This document shows positions 30,394 to 39,603 of a DNA stretch of 64,000 nt, piece after piece (position 1 is the first letter of the stretch; each line of letters opens with the position of its first letter). The translations under genes were made by a program, and so were the position numbers. The notes beneath the pieces were generated by a model. That model was given only the letters and a program-made list of their open reading frames with translations, was not told the origin of the DNA and did no database searches. The DNA lies in NCBI GenBank assembly GCA_049966015.1, contig JBMFVL010000001.1, positions 6,000 through 69,999 of the forward strand. The letters are read 5' to 3'. Source of the DNA: Thermoplasmata archaeon. GTDB lineage: Archaea > Thermoplasmatota > Thermoplasmata > Lutacidiplasmatales > JAMCUS01.

Positions 30394-31964
30394 GATGGAA
30401 ACTGTTTAAATGGTTAGGCATTTTAGCAGTTTTATTGCCTTTTATTTTATTTTTGTTTGTGCCTTTAATCTATTCTATATATTATGTACATCCTTTTTAT
30501 ATATACACCTTTTTTAATACACCATACAAGATAAAAATTTTTGAATTTTCATTGGAAAATTCTATGATACAGGGATTTTTGAGTGCGTTATGCTCTTTTG
30601 CAATAGGATATCCTGTGGGAATTATAATAGGGTTGTATCAATTCAGGTTTAAGAAGATTGTTCTCACATTATCCTACATTGCTTTTTTTATGCCATCTAT
30701 TTTGATGGTTTTTGCGTTCATTGAATTTTTTTATTTATTTCACTTTTACAATTTTTTTGGATTGTACGGGATTATTTTGGTTAACACTACTTTTAATGCC
30801 CCATTGATAGCAATTTTCACATCGAGTTCTACAGATCATATACCTGTTTCTTTAATATACAGTGCCAGATTGCTTAAGGCAAATATCATTAAAATTTTTA
30901 GAAAAATTTATTTCCCCTACACATATGAATCTGCTTTAATAGGTTTTATATTGGCGTTTATTTATTCTTTCATGGGCTTTACAGCACCTCTTATGATAGG
31001 GGGAACTTCTAATTACACCATGGAAATATGGATATACATACTATACAAATCATTTTTTGATGTTAAAGGAGCGGTTACTGTTGCTTTATTGCAAATTCTA
31101 ATTTTAATTATACCTGTTGCCATATATTTTATTTTATCATCTAAATCAATGTATCTTTCAAATTTATCAAGGAAGAAAGATAACTTATATTCATCGGCTA
31201 ATTACAAAAAAAGCCTTGCTGCATATGTGTTAGTTTCTTTATATACACTGTTTATTTCAATTCCATTTTTTACTATATTATATTATACATTGTTAGGAAC
31301 AGGGAAATTATCAATTATACCATTTTTAACTTTATTCAGCAATATAACCACGTATAAGATAGGGGTGCCTTATGTTAATGTTATTATAAATTCCTTATTT
31401 TTTTCAAGTATTGCAATGTTTTTATCAATGGGAATATCATTGATAGTGCTTTATTTTGGTGAAGAACTTATATGGATTAAGATTTCTATTGTGCTTCCAT
31501 TGATCGTTTCACCCATAGTATTAGCATTGGTAAATTACATGTTTTATATCAACATTTTTATCAACGTTTGGCCTATAATTATTATAGCACAGACAATGGT
31601 GTCTTTACCTATCGTATCTAGACTCATTGATAACTCCATAAAAATGGTACCTAAAAATCTGGAGTATTCTGCTATGTTGCTACATACAAGCAAATCAGAC
31701 ATATTTTTTAAAATAAAATTACCTATAATTAAATACACATTGATATTATCATCAATGCTCTCTTTTGTTATGGCATTAGGGGAGTTTGGTGCAACTTTTT
31801 TTATATTTACACCATTATTCACAACTATTCCTGTAAGCATATATGAATTTCAAAGTTTGAGGAATTTCACTCTTGCTTACGCTTCAGCTTCTATATTGTT
31901 TGTTATTACTTTTGTAATTCTTTATACTGTTTTTAGCAAGGAGGCATATAAATGGCAAAACTAG
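30372..31964 (+). CDS. ABC transporter permease with duplicated 6-TM domains (ThiP/FbpB family)
   Basis: About 530 aa with two permease repeats, the same size class as ThiP. Confidence 0.6.
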   Translation: MAISNELRWKLFKWLGILAVLLPFILFLFVPLIYSIYYVHPFYIYTFFNTPYKIKIFEFSLENSMIQGFLSALCSFAIGYPVGIIIGLYQFRFKKIVLTLSYIAFFMPSILMVFAFIEFFYLFHFYNFFGLYGIILVNTTFNAPLIAIFTSSSTDHIPVSLIYSARLLKANIIKIFRKIYFPYTYESALIGFILAFIYSFMGFTAPLMIGGTSNYTMEIWIYILYKSFFDVKGAVTVALLQILILIIPVAIYFILSSKSMYLSNLSRKKDNLYSSANYKKSLAAYVLVSLYTLFISIPFFTILYYTLLGTGKLSIIPFLTLFSNITTYKIGVPYVNVIINSLFFSSIAMFLSMGISLIVLYFGEELIWIKISIVLPLIVSPIVLALVNYMFYINIFINVWPIIIIAQTMVSLPIVSRLIDNSIKMVPKNLEYSAMLLHTSKSDIFFKIKLPIIKYTLILSSMLSFVMALGEFGATFFIFTPLFTTIPVSIYEFQSLRNFTLAYASASILFVITFVILYTVFSKEAYKWQN

Positions 31965-32887
31965 AGCTTGTAGACATAAGCAAAAAATATGGAAATTGGA
32001 AACTAGGCCCGGTATCAGTTACATTAAATGACGACGAATCTTTGACTATTCTTGGCCCTACTGGTTCAGGAAAATCAACGTTGCTCAAAATTATTGCAGG
32101 CATAGAAATGCCTGATGATGGCAAGGTTTTGGTTGATGGAAAAGATATAACAAACTTGCCTATTTATGAAAGGGACATAGGTATGATTTTTCAGGATTAT
32201 TCTCTATTTCCGCATTTAACTGCAAAAGAAAATATTTATTTTGGCTTGGACAATATCCCGTTGAGTAACAATAAAAAGGAAAGTCTTTTTAATAACATTA
32301 TTAAAACTTTGCATATTGAAAAATTAATGAATAAGTATCCACATCAACTTTCAGGTGGAGAAAAACAAAGAATTGCAATTGCAAGATCAGTAGTAATGAA
32401 ACCTTCTTTTTTGCTTTGTGATGAACCTCTGTCTTCAGTTGATTCACGTACTAGGGAAGAACTTCGCAGTGAACTAAAATCTTTGCAATACACTGACCAT
32501 ATCCAGATGGTTTATGTTACACATGATCATCTTGAAGGGATGTTTATCGGTGACAAAATTATGATTATAAATGAAGGTAAAGTAGAACAAGTATCTTCTT
32601 CAACAGATATTTATATGCATCCGAAAACACCTTTTGTTGCGTGGTTTGTGGGATTGAATGTGTTAAATATTGATAATAAAAGAATTGCTGTTGACCCATT
32701 TGATATAGAAATATCAGATGACGGAATTATTGAAGGGCATGTAATATCAGGGAGATATATATACAATACATGGATAGGTTATGTGAAGGTAGGCAACCAG
32801 ATGATAAAATTGCAAAGTTATTCAGATCAATTAAAATACATTGGCAAGGATGTCAAAATAAAAATTAAAAGATACATAAATTTGTAA
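31952..32887 (+). CDS. ABC transporter ATP-binding protein with a C-terminal TOBE-like domain (ThiQ/PotA-like)
   Basis: Walker A GPTGSGKST, signature LSGGEKQR, Walker B LLCDEP; C-terminal extension. Confidence 0.8.
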   Translation: MAKLELVDISKKYGNWKLGPVSVTLNDDESLTILGPTGSGKSTLLKIIAGIEMPDDGKVLVDGKDITNLPIYERDIGMIFQDYSLFPHLTAKENIYFGLDNIPLSNNKKESLFNNIIKTLHIEKLMNKYPHQLSGGEKQRIAIARSVVMKPSFLLCDEPLSSVDSRTREELRSELKSLQYTDHIQMVYVTHDHLEGMFIGDKIMIINEGKVEQVSSSTDIYMHPKTPFVAWFVGLNVLNIDNKRIAVDPFDIEISDDGIIEGHVISGRYIYNTWIGYVKVGNQMIKLQSYSDQLKYIGKDVKIKIKRYINL

Positions 32888-33435
32888 GATTAAATAAAAT
32901 TACCATCTAACATCTTTATATTATATATTTGCCATTAAATTTGCCTTTTTTCGTAGTTGAATAAGCATGACAATAATAATAGAATTTATAAAAATATTAT
33001 AGCATATCTGAAATGTTTTACCAGTAACATTAAAAATCATATAACATGATTTATAAATTTTTCATTCATTTTTCTCGTTTTAATGGAAAATTGGTTTGAT
33101 ATATACCAAAAAAATAGGGATAGGTATAATTTCTCCACTTTATATAGGAAATTATTCAGAATACCACAAATTAACTCTATTTATATAATATAATGTATAC
33201 TTTTACTAGATCTTAAATATCATCTACAATTAGAATGTTAAGGCTTTACATCTATTTTTAATTTACAGCATAGTACGCGCCATTTAATCTTTAAAACTTA
33301 CTTATTATGTAACTATGATGACCAATGTAGCTAATATTTGCAACATATATGTGAAATAAAATAACAATGTTTGCGTAATAAAATTTAACACTTTATAAAA
33401 CTAAAAAAATTATAAAATTAAAAGGTTTTGTTGTT

Positions 33436-36400
33436 TTACATTGCCGGAGGCTGTTGCTGGTTCTGGTCTTGTACTGGAGGTGCCTGTTGCTCTGTGGGTT
33501 GTGCTTGCTCAGGTGCTGGGGGTGCTGTTGTGGGGGATTTGCCCTTTTTCTTCATCATCATGAATACTGCGACAACAATGATGACAATTATTACAATCAC
33601 TACTACTGCGTATATCAGATCATTGTTGCTGCTTGATGATGAGGTTGTAGTCTTGGTCGGTACTGTTGTGGTAACGGTTATTGTAACAGTGTTTGTTTTT
33701 ATTGTTGTACCTGCACTGTCTGTAACATTTACGTATGCTGTGTATGTTCCTGCCTTTGCATATTTATATGTGGTTGCGTTAGAAGAACTTGTCGTTGTGT
33801 TTCCATTTCCGAAGTAGTACTTGTATGTGTATGGAGCTACACCACCCTGGGCTGTAACATTGAAGTATACTGTTCCGTTTACAATTACGCTTGTTGGAGA
33901 TACCGTTAAAGTAGCTGTCAGCGGAGCAATCACTTTGGATATAACCAGTACATATTGTTGCTCCGTGGGTATGGGCATACCCTTGTAAGTGCTTGTTGCA
34001 TTGACCAATATACTTGTGTTGGCAGGAGTTGATGAACTAGTGCTTACAGTTACTTCAACAAAACCAGTTGCGTTGGTAGTTCCACTTGTAGCTGATAAGG
34101 ATATACCGTTTGCAGAGGGGGAAATGTAATAGCCACTCTGGTTAAGGGCAGCCAAGCTCAAAGATACAGGCATATTTGCCATCGGGCTACCTACCTGGTT
34201 AAGTATTTGGGCAGATATGTTAACGCTCTTTCCAATTACAACTACTCCACTTGAAGCATGTACATTTAGCATTGGCTGGTTATATGCCAGCGTTGTTCCT
34301 TGCTGCTCTATTGCAATTGAATTGAAACCGCTTATAGGACCGGCACCACCTGCAAATACCGTAGCTGTTAAGTAAAACTCTACGTTGGGTATTAGAGGTG
34401 TAAAGGCAGGCCATCCACCTGGTACCATGTTATACGTTTTCTTATTCTGTACGTATTTGTAGAAAACAGATCCGTTGAAGGTTATGTTGATGTACCCTGC
34501 AGATGTTGTATTTACAAATAGCTCATAGTTGCTGTCTACCACCTTTGTTCCTGTTATCGGGTTGGAAGAATCCTTTATTGCCTGGTACTGTACATTTGTT
34601 CCTGCTGTTACTGTTATGTTGCCCTGGTACCTGCCTGTGAGCTGTGTTAAGGTAAGCATGACAGGAGTGTTACTCACTGGCTTTCCTCCAGATGTAACAT
34701 GTATGCTTATCGGAATACTCTGATTCCAGTTTACGTTGTAAAAGTTGTTTGTGGGTGTAATCGTTGATGATACCACTACATTATCTGGTGTAGCACCACC
34801 TGCTGAAAATGGAATGTCTGTAAACTGGTTGCCTACATTGGGTAGGTAAGCTTCAAATCCACCTGCCAATGAAAGGTAAGCAGATGCCGCATGGAATCCC
34901 GATGGCTGTACAAACCCTTTGGAACCTACGAAATTGTAGTAGGACAACGTATTGTACCCGCTTGCAGCAGTTGCAAAGAACTCTAAAGGTACAGGGGATG
35001 TGCTTGTTACGCCTGCATAATTAACCCAGTTGACTTGCCTCATTATACCATATGCACCACCGGTAATCCACAAATAAAACACTTGCTGGTATGTGGGCAT
35101 GAAGGTATTCAATGCACTGCTTAGTGAATAACTTATATTGGCGTATCCAGCTGCATTGGTTGTTATTGAGTTTGTTTGTGTAGTCCCGTTCCAGAACATT
35201 GAACTATCGTAATACTGATAACCACTGGATAAAGCAGAGGGATTCACTATTCCTGGGAATCCATCTAGAACAGCAGGGCTTACTTGCTGGAAAGTAACTG
35301 GAATGTTTGGTTCACCTTTTCCAGTTGCTGTATTGACAGCCCTTACTACCACTGACAAATTTGAACTCAGACCTGCTGTCGGACTTAAGGATACAACTTG
35401 AAGTGTGTATGGAGGAACAGCACTGTTGCCAACCATGACCTCTGTGTTGTTTATAGCCATGTTCTCATATCCACCTTTGTAGGCTGTTGCAGTTATGTTA
35501 ACCAGTGTTCCTGGCATTGTGTTCTTTGCCGTGAACTCAAATTTGGCTATACCATTAGCATTTGTCAAACCACCTGGAACAGGGATCAATCCCTGGTCGG
35601 AGAACATACCAACCGTTGCTGCCACTACTGGCTTGCCATTAGAAGTTACCGATACGTTGAACGTATATGTTTGCCCTGGCCATACCGTATTGTTTGCTGG
35701 CAATCCGCTTATTGAAATATTCAGTTCTGGAAGATATCCAGGTATGAAAGACAATGGGGACACAACACCAGAAGCGTTTGTCAATGTCAAATATCCTGTA
35801 GAATTGGATATTGCATGAACTTGCTGCAATAATATCCCGCTTGTATCAAAATCCATGTAAGCAACCCCTGCTGGGAAATTACCTGCAGAAGGGTTTAGAT
35901 TCCATATAACTACAGAGGCATTTGCAACGCCTTTTCCACTGCTATCCACTACCCTGTAGGGAAGCACGTTGGTTGTGTTCATTGCCATTGTCGGCAATGT
36001 CCCGTGTGTTAATATCATCGTATTGCCTTCTACTGTCAGTGCAACGCTTGCATATGTAGGTACATACGTCACAGTGGATGTTGAATTTTCTGTTATCGAT
36101 GCCTGCAAAGTCACTTTATCAGTTGCAGCAGGTGGCAATTGCGAGAAGTTGAACTGGTCAGTACCATACGTGCCGTACACCTGCTGGACTATTCCATTAA
36201 CAATGGAGAAGTTCGTGGTGAACTGCCCTGCAATGTTGGTTGTACCTGTTTTGGAACCGAAGAACACCAATCCCAGTGGGTTGGCGCTCATTGACACTGT
36301 TGCACCCTGTATTGGCATACCATTGTCACCTGTAACGGTAACTGTTACATTTCCTGTGCTTCCACCTTTATATACATTCACGTTCTGGTCCAACTTAATG

Positions 36401-38370
36401 GTTGCATGCAAATGCACAGTAGTACTGCTTGCCACAGGGGCTTTGTAATTGCTCGGAACCAAGTTAGCAAAAGTCCACCCGTTGTTAACAGCAGGTGATG
36501 ATGAAGGACTTGCTACCCATCCACTCCAGTGCATAATACTGTAGGCATCTATATCATCAGATGAGTACAGCAATATGTATGGCAACTGCACTGCCAGTAT
36601 ACCTTCGGCCTCCTTTATTTCAGCTTGCCTTATAGAGGGATTCATTTGACTGTTGGATTCCGCAAGCAAATTATCAAAGGTTGCATTGAAGAACCCTTCG
36701 TAATTTGCCCCCACAGGAGGTTGCTGGCTTGATTGGAATAAGGAATATAACCAGGATGAGGGATCCCCTCCTGGTGCACTTAAAACCCATCCAAGGATGA
36801 ACATATCAAAGTTGTATGGGGGTGTGCTTATATCTGCAACGATTACGTTGAAATCCGTTGGTACTGCTTGCGCATCCAATCCAGCTTCTTGCATCCATTG
36901 CTGTATGTATTGCGCTGTGGTTGCCCTTATCGGATCGTATGATGCAGGTGGAACCAGTATGGGTATCTGCAAAACCGTGCCGTTGTACTCAAAGTAATTG
37001 TTTGGACCTGGTGTTTGCCCAGCATGCTGCAGAGTCATCCCAGGAACGGCCAACAGATCTTTATCTGCCTGGGTAATGTTGAATGTGTAAGGATACTGAG
37101 AATTTACAGATGCATTGTAATACGCCCCAGACATCGGTAATACTACATTTGTACCAGTTATACCGTATCCTTGAAGTATATTGGATAATATAAATTGCTT
37201 GTTTACCAAGTGTGCTACAGCTTGCCTGAATCCTATGTAATTAAATGGGGCTCTTCTCAAATTGAACGTCATGTAAAAGAACCCGAAAGAAGGTTCTAAA
37301 GATAATCCTATACCAGGAGTGGATTGCAATTGGCTTACGTATGAAGGAGGTATGGACCAGTCTACCAAATCGATTTCACCGCTCATCAATGCCAATACCG
37401 CTGAAGTAGTAGAACCGTATAATACATATTGGACTTCATTCATATGTGCCTGGAAAGAACCCATCCAGTAGTTGGGGTTGGCGTACATTATTGCACCTAC
37501 GTTAGGAGTCCATCCGCCTTGGTAAAACTGACCGCTTCCTATATCAGCTAAAGCGTACTTTGTACCACCTACACTAATATAACCACCATCCCAGGTGCTT
37601 ACAGCCCCATACATCTCACTGTTGTTATTAGACCACATGTGGTTCTGCCATATTTTTCCTGGTATCAGGTATTCAGTAAGGGTCATGTAATAAAACGGAG
37701 CATATGGTTGATTTAAATTGAAGACTACTACATTTCCAGTTGGACCTTTTGGCATCGTTACATTAGCTACAAATATACCTGCAGGTGTGCCTGTTGATAT
37801 TGTACCGTTTGTCAAGTATTTGATTGTGGATGCTGGAACAGGGCTACCAGATGGATTTACAGCTAATGGCAGCAGAGAGGGATTTGTGTTGGGTGAATTT
37901 ATGCCTACCTGGTATGAAACAAAAACATCCCATGCATCCAAATGTGTATTTGCAACTGATGATGCTGTTGCGTTGGTCATCATTGCCTGTGGAACGATCC
38001 ATGTAATGTTGGTTGCAAAGGTTACTGTGAATGATGTGAAGTTAGCATTTGGGGTTATGCTTGTGGCAGCCCAGTTCATGTAACCGTTGTTAGATATTGG
38101 AATGCTTGTTAACGAGTCGTAGAAGTAACCATAATAATTGGCATCCCATATACTGTTATCCAGTGGATTGAATGGATTCAATCCCGCAAAATCTTGTTGG
38201 TTACCAATAGTAAGAGTGCCGCTCGGTTTAATGTTGCTTTTAGGCTGTGCTGGATGTATAACCTGGTTTATTTTTGCAACATTAGGGGATGCAGCTGCAC
38301 TCAATGCGCTGCTCAACATTAAAAAAGTCGCTACGAAAGCTAGGCTCAACAATAAGTATCGTTTAATCAT
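33436..38370 (-). CDS. Giant cell-surface glycoprotein (1644 aa): signal peptide, OppA-like family-5 solute-binding domain, Ig/PKD-like repeats, Thr/Ser linker, C-terminal TM anchor and a Q/P-rich cytoplasmic tail
   Basis: Signal peptide MIKRYLLLSLAFVATFLMLSSALSAAAS. The first roughly 650 aa resemble SBP family 5 (GEIDLVDW ... FRQAVAHLVNKQ). A PKD-like repeat lies near the C-terminus (GTVYFNVTAQGGVAPYTYKYYFGNGNT). N-x-S/T sequons are very dense. The C-terminus reads TTTSSSSSNN - hydrophobic helix - KKKGK - QP-rich tail. Confidence 0.6.
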   Translation of the reverse strand: MIKRYLLLSLAFVATFLMLSSALSAAASPNVAKINQVIHPAQPKSNIKPSGTLTIGNQQDFAGLNPFNPLDNSIWDANYYGYFYDSLTSIPISNNGYMNWAATSITPNANFTSFTVTFATNITWIVPQAMMTNATASSVANTHLDAWDVFVSYQVGINSPNTNPSLLPLAVNPSGSPVPASTIKYLTNGTISTGTPAGIFVANVTMPKGPTGNVVVFNLNQPYAPFYYMTLTEYLIPGKIWQNHMWSNNNSEMYGAVSTWDGGYISVGGTKYALADIGSGQFYQGGWTPNVGAIMYANPNYWMGSFQAHMNEVQYVLYGSTTSAVLALMSGEIDLVDWSIPPSYVSQLQSTPGIGLSLEPSFGFFYMTFNLRRAPFNYIGFRQAVAHLVNKQFILSNILQGYGITGTNVVLPMSGAYYNASVNSQYPYTFNITQADKDLLAVPGMTLQHAGQTPGPNNYFEYNGTVLQIPILVPPASYDPIRATTAQYIQQWMQEAGLDAQAVPTDFNVIVADISTPPYNFDMFILGWVLSAPGGDPSSWLYSLFQSSQQPPVGANYEGFFNATFDNLLAESNSQMNPSIRQAEIKEAEGILAVQLPYILLYSSDDIDAYSIMHWSGWVASPSSSPAVNNGWTFANLVPSNYKAPVASSTTVHLHATIKLDQNVNVYKGGSTGNVTVTVTGDNGMPIQGATVSMSANPLGLVFFGSKTGTTNIAGQFTTNFSIVNGIVQQVYGTYGTDQFNFSQLPPAATDKVTLQASITENSTSTVTYVPTYASVALTVEGNTMILTHGTLPTMAMNTTNVLPYRVVDSSGKGVANASVVIWNLNPSAGNFPAGVAYMDFDTSGILLQQVHAISNSTGYLTLTNASGVVSPLSFIPGYLPELNISISGLPANNTVWPGQTYTFNVSVTSNGKPVVAATVGMFSDQGLIPVPGGLTNANGIAKFEFTAKNTMPGTLVNITATAYKGGYENMAINNTEVMVGNSAVPPYTLQVVSLSPTAGLSSNLSVVVRAVNTATGKGEPNIPVTFQQVSPAVLDGFPGIVNPSALSSGYQYYDSSMFWNGTTQTNSITTNAAGYANISYSLSSALNTFMPTYQQVFYLWITGGAYGIMRQVNWVNYAGVTSTSPVPLEFFATAASGYNTLSYYNFVGSKGFVQPSGFHAASAYLSLAGGFEAYLPNVGNQFTDIPFSAGGATPDNVVVSSTITPTNNFYNVNWNQSIPISIHVTSGGKPVSNTPVMLTLTQLTGRYQGNITVTAGTNVQYQAIKDSSNPITGTKVVDSNYELFVNTTSAGYINITFNGSVFYKYVQNKKTYNMVPGGWPAFTPLIPNVEFYLTATVFAGGAGPISGFNSIAIEQQGTTLAYNQPMLNVHASSGVVVIGKSVNISAQILNQVGSPMANMPVSLSLAALNQSGYYISPSANGISLSATSGTTNATGFVEVTVSTSSSTPANTSILVNATSTYKGMPIPTEQQYVLVISKVIAPLTATLTVSPTSVIVNGTVYFNVTAQGGVAPYTYKYYFGNGNTTTSSSNATTYKYAKAGTYTAYVNVTDSAGTTIKTNTVTITVTTTVPTKTTTSSSSSNNDLIYAVVVIVIIVIIVVAVFMMMKKKGKSPTTAPPAPEQAQPTEQQAPPVQDQNQQQPPAM

Positions 38371-38454
38371 ATTTCTTCCTCCAAAACTTAAGCGTTTTAT
38401 TCAATTATTGCTATATATAGTTTTCCATTTAATAACTTAAAATTAAATGAAAAG

Positions 38455-39348
38455 TTATAGATTTGAACCGTTTGAAGTCACATAAAGTTGGTTGTTATAC
38501 AAAACAAGCGTTTCCTCTGTTTGCGCCACCATACTTCCCTTCTTTTCTATTAAAATGGGATATGGCTTAATGTATGGCATTATTTTTTTTACAGCTTCAT
38601 TGCCATATTTTTTTTCTATCCATCTCATAGCAAAGGGCAACTTTCCGTACATTTCATACAGTTCTTTAACAATAGCATCACTTTTATTCGATATTTTTTT
38701 ATTGAACTGAAATATATTGCCGTTTATGCCGTTTTCTACATATCCGATACCATTGGTTGTAAAGGGCTCAATGGCATAGGCATGGTTGGAGTATAATTTT
38801 TCCAGTGTACTGGTTTTAATGTTCCAGATGGAAAGATTTGCGTGCAGTGAATAATTGTCTAACCCGTGCCCTGTTAAATTGGATATCGGTTTGTATCCCC
38901 ATTTCTTAATAGTATTTTCTATTTTTTCCCCGATGGAGGACAATCCTAGCACACCTTCATCAATAAGTTTTATTGCATTGTTTAAGGCTTCCTTTGATGC
39001 GTTTATTAAATCCTGGTATCTGTTTGTGCTTACCTCCACAGTTAGTGCTGTATCGGCAATGTATCCATCTATATGAACACCCAAATCTAGTTTTACTAAA
39101 TCACCTTTAGCAAAAGTTCTTTTGTCATTATAGGAGGGGGTATAGTGTGCTGCTTCTTCATTTATTGATAAGTTTACCGGAAATGCTATACCTCCAGAAT
39201 TATTCAATATGAACTCTTCAATTTTTTCTGCTACATTGTATGTTAGCTCCCCTTCTTTTATTAACTCTTTCCCATACATTTTTGCTTTAAAAGCAATTTT
39301 TCCTGCCTGTATATATTTCCCCAAAATAACATCGTTCATAGGTTCCAT
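38455..39348 (-). CDS. map: Methionine aminopeptidase, type 2 (archaeal)
   Basis: Pita-bread fold with metal ligand regions (DLVKLDLGVHIDGYIAD, HGLD, E-rich). Confidence 0.8.
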   Translation of the reverse strand: MEPMNDVILGKYIQAGKIAFKAKMYGKELIKEGELTYNVAEKIEEFILNNSGGIAFPVNLSINEEAAHYTPSYNDKRTFAKGDLVKLDLGVHIDGYIADTALTVEVSTNRYQDLINASKEALNNAIKLIDEGVLGLSSIGEKIENTIKKWGYKPISNLTGHGLDNYSLHANLSIWNIKTSTLEKLYSNHAYAIEPFTTNGIGYVENGINGNIFQFNKKISNKSDAIVKELYEMYGKLPFAMRWIEKKYGNEAVKKIMPYIKPYPILIEKKGSMVAQTEETLVLYNNQLYVTSNGSNL

Positions 39349-39437
39349 GTAGTATTGATTGATTATACTATATATAAGGATTCATTGCAATTCGATGCGT
39401 TAAATCTATAAATTTGAATTGCATGTTGTTTCTGTAT

Positions 39438-39539
39438 AGCCCCGTAGTGTAGTGGTCAATCATGCGGGACTCTGGAAGTTTATCTGGAGATATCCTGCGA
39501 CACAGGTTCGAATTGAAAAAGAAAATCCTGTCGGGGCTA
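39438..39539 (+). tRNA. tRNA-Gln (probable anticodon CUG) with apparent short insertions/introns
   Basis: Acceptor AGCCCCG/CGGGGCU (A1-U72 is typical of archaeal tRNA-Gln). T-stem ACAGG/CCTGT is perfect but encloses a 20-nt loop TTCGAATTGAAAAAGAAAAT. The anticodon region carries a duplicated CTCTGGA/ATCTGGAGA segment, consistent with a roughly 15-nt intron. Total length 102 nt. Confidence 0.6.
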
Positions 39540-39603
39540 TATTACTGAGCAAGTAAAGTAATAGTAATAAGTAATAAATACAATTATTATAATAAACAAT
39601 AAA

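Noticed and set aside
32888-33435. 548-bp AT-rich intergenic region, examined for CRISPR repeats, ncRNA or hidden ORFs
   Set aside because: No direct repeats, no conserved RNA motifs and no ORF of useful length were seen. It is a convergent-gene spacer between the thi ATPase and the giant gene, best explained as terminator or low-complexity AT-rich DNA.
33428-33817. 129-aa Cys/Gly-rich ORF on the + strand (MLFYIAGGCCWFWSCTGG...)
   Set aside because: It is entirely antisense to the 3' end of the giant surface-protein gene. Its odd composition is the mirror image of the Thr/Ser/Gln/Pro-rich coding strand, so it is an artefact.
35398-38083. Multiple 60-160 aa + strand ORFs
   Set aside because: All are antisense to the 4.9-kb surface glycoprotein gene; long-gene shadow ORFs.
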